A stretch of 64,000 bases of DNA from Pecten maximus (taxonomy: Eukaryota), in the NCBI RefSeq assembly GCF_902652985.1, contig NC_047031.1, positions 13,702,001-13,766,000 of the forward strand, in the 5' to 3' direction. Of this stretch, positions 55,489-64,000 are shown piece by piece. Numbering within the stretch: the stretch's first letter is position 1; every line of letters begins with the position of its first letter. Both the position numbers and the translations under genes were made by a program. A model generated the notes under the pieces. The model did no database searches and was not told the DNA's origin. It was given only the letters and a program-made list of their open reading frames with translations.

Positions 55489-56645
55489 TTTGTATATTCT
55501 ATCGACAACCTAACTTATTATAAACATTAAATTCCGTAATTGACTGCCGTTCTCCATTGTCGATCACATTCTGATTCTAAACAACGTTTTTTGGTTATAA
55601 CTAATGAAGCTTTCCACAAAGTGCTGTCATTTGTAACGAGCTTTCTATTGGAATCCTGGATAAATTTAGATATCATTTCAGTAATGACCGTGTTGTAAAA
55701 TTTTTAATACGTTGGAATATAATAATTATCACATATACATGTACATGTTTGTTTGTTAAAGCTGTTTCTGCTTCTACTGTTTACAATTCGATTATATTCA
55801 ATTATATTCATTTTATTCTCTTTCCATATACTGACATGATGTATAGAGAAAAAACATATTTACAATATAATATATACAATAAAAGTAGTGTTCGTAGTTG
55901 ACACACGGCACTGTTTCACAACAAAACATTTTCTTTTTAATCAAGGAGGGCAGCTCATGTTATTAATCAATCTAATAAAAATACGCATTTTCATTAATTT
56001 TTTAACATAAGTTATATTAATCAGTTCGTTAAACTTATAATATTTGGTCTTGATCAAAAGTATTTGTCTATAAATAAAATCCTGTGAGCTATTAACGCTG
56101 TACATTCAAGTAAATAATGAAATTCATCATCAATTTACGATTATTTAGTGAAAGGTTCGACATTCCTGTTTCATCTCACACGGACACTTAATATAAAGAA
56201 CGTTGATAAAGGCACAAAGACAAAATCTTTTGTTACACCCGGGTTCAAAATATCATATTCAAATAAAAATTTCCACTCCAATGTACATGTGTACTGCTGC
56301 GTGTACCATTAGCTAATTAAACAAGAAATATCTAAGTTGAACGGCGTAACAGTTTGATAATTTCCAGGAGAGTGATGTCCGGGTATAATTCAGGTAGTAC
56401 ATACATGTACTATTATTTAAATCCTAGTTCCACTTAGAAGTCTGCCGTCGGATAAGGAAATCAGCTTGGTAAAACCTAGGGTTTTCTCAGATGCATATAT
56501 GCAGCTATATTTAGAGGCCACGAAATCTACCCGTGACGAATCTATTAAAAAGCCAAGTCATTCATCGTGCCGTTGGGACGGGGTAGAAAATGATTCACAG
56601 TACAAGGGCCTGTCATAGTCTACTGCCTTTTTCATACATACCAAT

Positions 56646-56665
56646 GCGTTGGGAATTCCCAACGC
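56646..56665. promoter_or_regulatory. Perfect 20-bp palindrome containing the kappaB consensus GGGAATTCCC
   Basis: gcgttgggaattcccaacgc is its own reverse complement. Function is unproven. Confidence 0.35.
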
Positions 56666-59044
56666 TGACAGCCTTTAAATGTTTATAACGTTCAATATGA
56701 GTTATCTATGATGAGTGGAATGGATAGAAAATTTCATTTTTATACTTTGCCATGCCAGTTTAAAAACTGCCCTAACAAAACTTAATTTATATGAATTATA
56801 TGTTATTTTATCATTATATAAAGCATACTTCCTGAGGCTTTTGCATTGATTCACACTTCCTCTGGGTAATAAACAAATCGAAATTTAATTAGGATTTAAT
56901 CAATGGGTTGATATGTTACTGTTTATACAGAATCCCATAGGCCATGTTCATATACGGACATGTAAATGAATGTGTCTAGTACTGTCGAGATGTTAACAAA
57001 AAATCACATTGTTATTTCTCTTGATTTTAATTTTTATATCTCGGCTTCATTAACAATCCCGGAATATGTAATACGCCCATCCCTGTGTTAGAGGAAATGA
57101 TACTATAGACAATAATTAAAGAAGATTTAAATAATACTAGTGTTTATATCTAATAACATGTTGAGCTTAAAGGCTCGTGTTACACATGACCAATATATGT
57201 TTAGGATATACAATGTTTATTACAATGATAATAAATGTGCTTGCCGTTGTAGTGTATTTTATCCATATATTTCGCTGGCGTTACGCTCTAATGACACCCG
57301 AACAGCACAGGTGTATTAAGTAATATCACAAACACTCCTATGACAGCACACACGTACCTCGCGTCTGTATTAACGTCAGTATGTAGGCTAGGTATATACA
57401 GTGAACAGCGATACCCGTCAAACATTTCTCCCCCAGGCCACCCACCAGGTGGCAATGAACACTAACACATCACAGCATATTCAAAACGCACTGCACGATT
57501 GCCATTTATATATAAAATGTCATCAATCATAATTTTCTTCATACACTCTAATAATATTTAATACACATAAACTTCCTTCTATATTTCATTAAACACTGAT
57601 CAGTATTTTCTAATTTATTGTAAATACATGTATTACATCAATATTCCCCATAACCCATACAACTATTTTTGCGCCATAGTGACAAAATGCCCATATACTA
57701 TACAAACACATTTTATAAGCCCCAAAAAGAAAAACATTTTTTTTTCTTTTTCCTTCTGTCGTCGCCCAGCGCGCTGCCTGAACTGATACTCTGCGGTGTA
57801 CACGGGTACAACCCCGTGTGTCACACCACCCAGCGGAATACCCGTGGGAGAAAGTAATTTCGTGCTAATTCATTTCATTCAAACGCGCGAAATATGATTT
57901 ACTATTTTCTCTAGACGAGACTAAAATGAGATATGTATCTAGACATAAAACGAATTCTTTATAGGTAGTCGGTATAGCTAATATATATATAACGCATATT
58001 CTTTGTGTTCTGTGCAAACAAAAATATATATTCTGCTGCCATTGTTACATTTCATAGATTTCCTTCTGTGCTTTGTTTACTTAATCTTGGACTCTACCCG
58101 ACACCCGTCCTCGTAGGACCCTGGCTGTTGCAAGGACGTGAACAAAAACAAGAAAAGGGATTTGTTTACATCCATTCTCACAAGATCCTGACTGTTGTGG
58201 GGACGTTAACAAAATCAAAACAAGACAAACAAAGGGAGAAACGAGGTAGACAACGACGTTAACAGCAAAGATGTTATCAGCCAGCATGAAGTCCTCCACG
58301 TTGTCCTCGTGTAGATGACATTTTGTGATTAACGGTGCTATCCACATGCATGTCTTGATAAATGTTGTGATACATCAGATTTCATTCGGTATCAAGTTTT
58401 AAATAAAAATCTGACGTTCTTACTTGGTCCGCCATCCTTCTTTTAGTAAGTAAAACAAAACACATGTTTTTGTTGGAAAATGAAAAGTTTAAGAACAACA
58501 AATCAAAACAAAAATAAAAATCAACAAGAAACAACAATAATTTCTGCAGGCATTATTGACAAAGCCACGATGTCACATATTGCAGGTGAATTGTTTACGT
58601 TAACACAGCATTCACAAAATTTTCTCGAATTTTTACAATAAATCACAATTTATTTCTGAAAGGTATATGATGTTTTTTCTTCAATTGACACTCTGGTACC
58701 GACCTAACTACTTCAATATATATCTTCTTTGAAATGCAAAGTTAGACATAAATGCATGAAATATTTACATATCAAAAAAATGTCTTAGCTAATCATTGGT
58801 TTTTACACATCCTGGTTCAGGGGTTTAACAAAGGAATACTTTCATATATCTGTAACACAGTCTTGTTTCGTTCCCTGTGTTCTGGTCTGGCAATATTGAT
58901 ATATTCTTACTGCTTTTCCGTGTCTGTTTGAATCGAGGACTGGCTTGTATAAAAAAGAAGCATTACATTATTTGTGTAAAATATTTGAGTTAATTAAATG
59001 ATTATAATAGTCAAATACGATTGGCAGGTAAATGATGGTGTGAT

Positions 59045-59145
59045 TTGGTTTGGTTTTATTTGTTTAACGTCCTATTAACAGCTAAGGTCATTTAAGGACG
59101 CCCCCATGCGTGCGATATGTATGGGTGTGATGAATGCGTATGTGT
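59045..59145 (-). mobile_element. SINE 3' fragment, same family as 720-1078
   Basis: ttggtttggttttatttgtttaacgtcctattaacagctaaggtcatttaaggacg. Confidence 0.75.
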
Positions 59146-59868
59146 AAAATGATGGTGTGATACAACAAAATATAAATCTGTACATGATGGTGTGTTTTTT
59201 CCTTTTTAAAAAAATTATATATGTATGTTTATTTCTTTGCTATTTTGGTAAACTATTTAATAAGTATATATATGAAATACTATATAGTATTACTTCAAAC
59301 AGAATGCGCCACTAAATTACTATGTATATAAAAGGACATATAATTGCTATATATGCCATTCATCACTACAATATATACACAATAAGCCCCTAATATATTA
59401 TACAATTGTATATACATTAAGCACCTTATCTATATTATACACAATAAGCCCCTAATTTATTATTTATACAATATGCTCCTTATTAATCGTATATACAATA
59501 TGTATCTAATTAACTATACAATAGGCATATATACATGTAGAATTCAAACAACGAGGTTAACAGCTCCTTAGAGATCGACCACGCCTCCAAGTACACGTTT
59601 ATAACGCGGCTATTCACAGATGATACGTGGTTATATTTGATACAAAATAATTCGCCCTGTCTCTCCTTGTACAATAAAATTAGTCCATACCTCGAGGTGA
59701 ATTATACAAAATCCTAAATCTTATTTAAATATATACATAACATTACGATTGGGTCTATTTTCCCATTTAGCTGCACACTGGAACATTTTCTTGCATTAAA
59801 TGATAATATTACTTGTATCAGGATAAATTTCCATTTTTTGCATCCTTATTGAAATTTTGAAATCAGAG

Positions 59869-62800
59869 TTATGTTCGCGGTCGGAATACCTTTAAATTGC
59901 ACCCAGATGTTTCTAACACTGGTTTGATCGGGATCACAATTCCGGATCCAGTGGCTTCGTCTGCTCCCACCAAGATCCCGACACAGATGAGAGAGTTGTC
60001 CCTTATCTGGAACACTCCTGCGCCCGAATCACCATGAGTCGAAAATGGCGGTAGATGACAATCATCCTCCGAGCACTGTCGATTCTCTATATAGTAAATT
60101 CCTCTCCAACGCTCTGTCTCTGAAACTCTTCCGTATATCCTGGAATTGAATTCTGCGGTTTCGATGCCTCGGTAAGTGCCATAGGTCACACCGGATGCAC
60201 TCCCGAACTTGATAATCTTTTCCCCTACAATAGGTTCACCATATTCGCCATGGTCGAATATTGGTTGGTTCTCTGGAATTCCTGAAACAAAATGAATTCA
60301 GAGACAATGAAGGTTATGTATTTTACTAAAATAATTGAGAGTCGATTGAATAATTATTGCTACGGATGGAAAGAAGTAATGTTTTGATTTTTTATATCGT
60401 ACGGTACGACGGCTGATTGATAAAACGAACATACTCGAGTACGAGGCTCACAACCCTTGTACATCGTCACTTTCAGTTATCGGCTCCAACGCTAAAAAGG
60501 GTACAGTTCAAATAAAAAAATCTGTAATGAATTTTTACAAGTATCAATTACAATTGAAATGGCTGCAAAATAATCAAAACCTATTTTGAAAATACTATAT
60601 GAATGCCACAGAAAATAATTAAATGAAAGATTTAAGAAAACATGAATAATATAGAACCTTGTTCAGAGAGTTGTCCCTGACTAAATGCAGCAAACCCCGG
60701 TGACAGTGGCGCCCTCGCTGGAACCGTGATCTCAACAATAGCGATATCTATGGACGTAGCTTCATTCAGGCTGTACTTCAGATAAACTACTTCACCACAT
60801 ATCCGGTCATCCTCCGGATACCCTGTGTTCCCAGTGCTCGGTTGCAGGACAGGTATATCAGGTACACTGTCCTCAACATAAGTCACGGGGCCATTAACGA
60901 CGTGTGCACACGTGATGAAACCAATCTTGCCATCTTGCAGTTCTACAAACGGACCAATGCTTCCGAACCTGTTGAATACATATACATATGTAGAAATGAG
61001 TTACATTGTATCTATGTGTAGAAAACAATAGATCGGAATATGCCTTTGAAAGACATACCACCACCACCTACATCAACAACATCAACAACAAAAATAAAAA
61101 CAACAAAAAAACAGTAAAGGACAAATTATGAGTCGGATGTTATAACATGTTCTCGAGAATCTCATTTATACTGGAAGCCATTGTGGCCAGCAAATATATA
61201 ACCAATACTCGCCTCAACGTTGGGTCGTCCGCAGTTCCGATGTTGCATCCAAAACTGAGGGGTTGATGTAGAGCGTTAGGACTCTGTACGTGATGTAGGA
61301 CAACATGTCCCTCTCTAACATCTACAGGAAGTGTGTCATTCCCGACCTTTAGTTCCGGCGGAAATGCCGGCTCCTTGTCGGGAACGAACCCCTTGAAGTG
61401 GCATAAAATAACCAAACATGTTTGTTTCTTGAATGAGCCTCCGACGGATTTTACCGGCGATGACAAAATGCCTCGCAAATTTGAATGATTTTTCCAGAGT
61501 TTGTCGCTGTGTTGTTTGATCGCTCTGGCTACTAATATTCTGTCATCTTCTGACAAGATGTAGTTGTTCTGTTGGCAGTGATATAACGCTTTTCGACTCT
61601 CGTCGCTGGAGACAGATGGATTTCGGAACTGTACCGGGTAACCGGCCTTGTTTGTTTCACTGCCATGTGCGATGACGTCCGTGTATATTACAAACATTTT
61701 CTGTTTCTTTGGCTTGTATTCTCCAAACACGACCTCGATGAATTTATCTTTATATTGCTTTTCAAGCATCCCCTTGACGATATATGGCTTTAAAGTTACG
61801 TGCCCATTTTCACACATTGAAAGACACCGCCTAACAATGTCGTCATCAGTATATCGGATCAGAAGTGACGTCATTTCTTCTTTTCCTGAAAAGAAAGCTA
61901 CCTCCAATGGAGTAAGCAATTGTTTTGGTTTCAGATGAATGTCGGGGAAGAATGCGCTATTTATTTTCTTCATTGTGTTTGCTCCATTTTCAATCATGCG
62001 CAGCACATCATAAGACTTCCCCTCTGCTGCAGATCGATGCAGACCGATCCAGTTCCTGTGAATGACTTCCGGTGTCTTTTGATGGACTACGTCGTAAGAA
62101 TCTTCCTGTGTGTGTGTGAGCGTTAAGTCTCTACTATGTGGCGTCTCGTCGCCTTCAGGTGTATATTTGTCGGCCGCATCACTCATCCCAGATTCCGACG
62201 GAGAGCTGTCATGAGGTTTGTCAGCAGGTACAGAACTTCCGGGCTCACTAAAGTATCCAGACTCCATCATAGAAACTTAAACAATATAAAACAACATTAG
62301 ACATTGCAATAGGCACGTTGTTTTATATATGTACGGATACAAGTGTCGTGTAATGACGTCAGCACATGGAGCTGTTGAATAAAATGTTTCCAATTTTAGT
62401 CATCGTTACCTTTGCAAGGTATATAAAATGCTGAACATGGATATATTTTGCTACACTGCATATAATCCTTGTATAACACTGTTAAACATGTTTATTTACA
62501 TTCCATAGTACGTTTTATCACATAACTATCCCATTCTGCCATGTCACGCGGCCATGTCAGAAACATCGTAAGACACTAGTATAGACACATGCGTCATAAC
62601 ACTATTATGTCATATTAAATATGTGACGTCGTATGATTGTCTCGGTAGATGGAAACGTCCCATCCGAGCTGGATTTCGTTTGTCTTATTAAGAAAGGAAA
62701 ACTTTGTTTTGCTTATATTCTCATCAATAGTAGTTATGTGATAAACATAATCTTACACTCGTGACTATGCCATATGGAATTCATTAAACTCGCCTTAAGG

Positions 62801-63624
62801 CTTGAGGCATATAGAATTGTTGAACTCGTTTCGTGAATGTTAAATGACATAGCCACTCGTGTAAGATCCTTTATATATACCTCGTGTCTGACTTAAATAG
62901 CATACGATGTAAGCATGCTTTAAATACAACTTGCTTAAGGGACACACGCTTAATACGAATTTATGCTTACAGCGATGTAAACTCCCGAGCCTGTTCCAGC
63001 CATTGATATTTTAAGACCCTATTTATGGATCTTTGATAAAACTACATTATTCAAAATTATTACAAAATATGAGATACATATAAGTTATTGTTAAGTATAA
63101 TAAGGGGTAGATATGAGTTCTAGTTCAGTACAATAAGAGGTAGATATGAGTTCTAGTTAAGTACAATAAATGGGAAGATATGCTAACAATGATGATAATT
63201 TACCTTGTATGTATGAAGAATCAAGTTGGTCATTTCTCGCAAGATGGCGGACCATGTCTGTCTGTTTGGCCTCTCCTGCCAAGTCGAGGACGCTCCTTCC
63301 GTCTGCTGTTCTTGCCCTCAGGTCGACCCCAGTCTCAAGTAACTTATCAAACATCTCAATCTTACCCGATCGAGCGGCATGGTGTAGCGCATTATATCCT
63401 GCCGGGTCGAGAAACTGACCTTTGACATGGCACGCGGGATACTTCTCTATAAGATGACGTATCATTTCAGATTGTCCGTTACGTGCGGCAAAGTGCAATA
63501 CGGACGAGCCACTCGTGGTGGTAGAATCTACAGGAATACCATGTCTGACTATGGTGTCTAGTTCCTCCACGTCTCCTTTCTCGGCACTAGACAGTAAATC
63601 TACTATGGTATACTTTCTCTTTCC
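59869..63624 (-). CDS. Ankyrin-repeat + NAL1-like trypsin-fold serine protease, paralog B; start codon probably beyond the right edge
   Basis: Exons 63624-63204, 62275-61213 (GC donor), 60968-60658, 60281-59869 total 2208 nt and are open. ANK: GSSVLHFAA, GYNALHHAA, GRSVLDLA. Protease: FGSIGPFV, FITCAHV, SIDIAIVEI, KFGSASGVTYG, THGDSGA. Colinear with paralog A. Confidence 0.88.
62745..62875. mobile_element. Short palindromic element, probably a Crypton-like terminal hairpin remnant
   Basis: Inverted repeat atcttacactcgtgactatg ... catagccactcgtgtaagat. Confidence 0.45.
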
Positions 63625-63687
63625 CTGAAAATATCATAATGTCACAGTTTGTGTCCGTAAAAAGTTACGACAGTAGTGCAATAACAT

Positions 63688-63985
63688 GATAATAGTACGA
63701 TAATACTATGATAATATTACGATAATAGTACAATTATAGTACGATAATAGTACGATAATAGTACGATAATAGTATGATAATAGTACGATAATAGTATGAT
63801 AACAGTACGATAATAGTACGATAATCCGATATTAGTACGATAATACGATAATAGTACGATATTAGTACAATAATAGTACGATAATAGTATGATAATAGTA
63901 TGATAATAGTACGATAATAGTAAAATAATAGTACGATAATAGTACGATAATACAATAATAGTACGATAATAGTACGATAATAATA
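63688..63985. repeat. 11-bp minisatellite (gataatagtac)n
   Basis: Directly visible; it produces spurious YYYRTII ORFs. Confidence 0.95.
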
Positions 63986-64000
63986 CAATCAAAGAGAATG

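Noticed and set aside
58005-58440. Short ORFs and a possible ATGGCGGACCAA|gtaag micro-exon (MADQ, minus strand, about 58434-58423) as first exon of paralog A
   Set aside because: The phase fits the acceptor at 49643, but there is no homology or transcript support and paralog A already has a strong GCCATGG start.
63717-63992. Tyr/Ile-rich ORFs
   Set aside because: Translations of the 11-bp minisatellite.

Overview
AT-rich, intron-containing animal DNA; the SINE and Helentron-type repeats suggest a bivalve mollusc. One 500-N gap lies at 54715-55214. From left to right: (1) a VWA7-like secreted-protein gene on the minus strand, 13 exons visible, running off the left edge; (2) a 34-bp satellite interrupted by a decayed Crypton tyrosine-recombinase element; (3) a divergently transcribed VWA7-like paralog that lacks the N-terminal domain and most of the VWA domain and ends in a transmembrane segment. 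It contains an internal tandem duplication, and its frame stays open only if both copies of a 100-nt exon are spliced in and read in different frames; (4) an apparently intact 8.4-kb ISL2EU (PHIS-group) DNA transposon with a spliced THAP-DDE transposase, a SWIM-YqaJ nuclease gene and a nested MITE; (5) two tandem minus-strand genes encoding ankyrin repeats fused to a NAL1-like trypsin-fold serine protease with an intact His/Asp/Ser triad and no visible signal peptide. Item 5 is the best candidate for an undescribed intracellular sensor-protease system. Gene models were spliced by hand from splice signals, phase continuity and paralog alignment. Family assignments come from recalled motifs; no database search was run.
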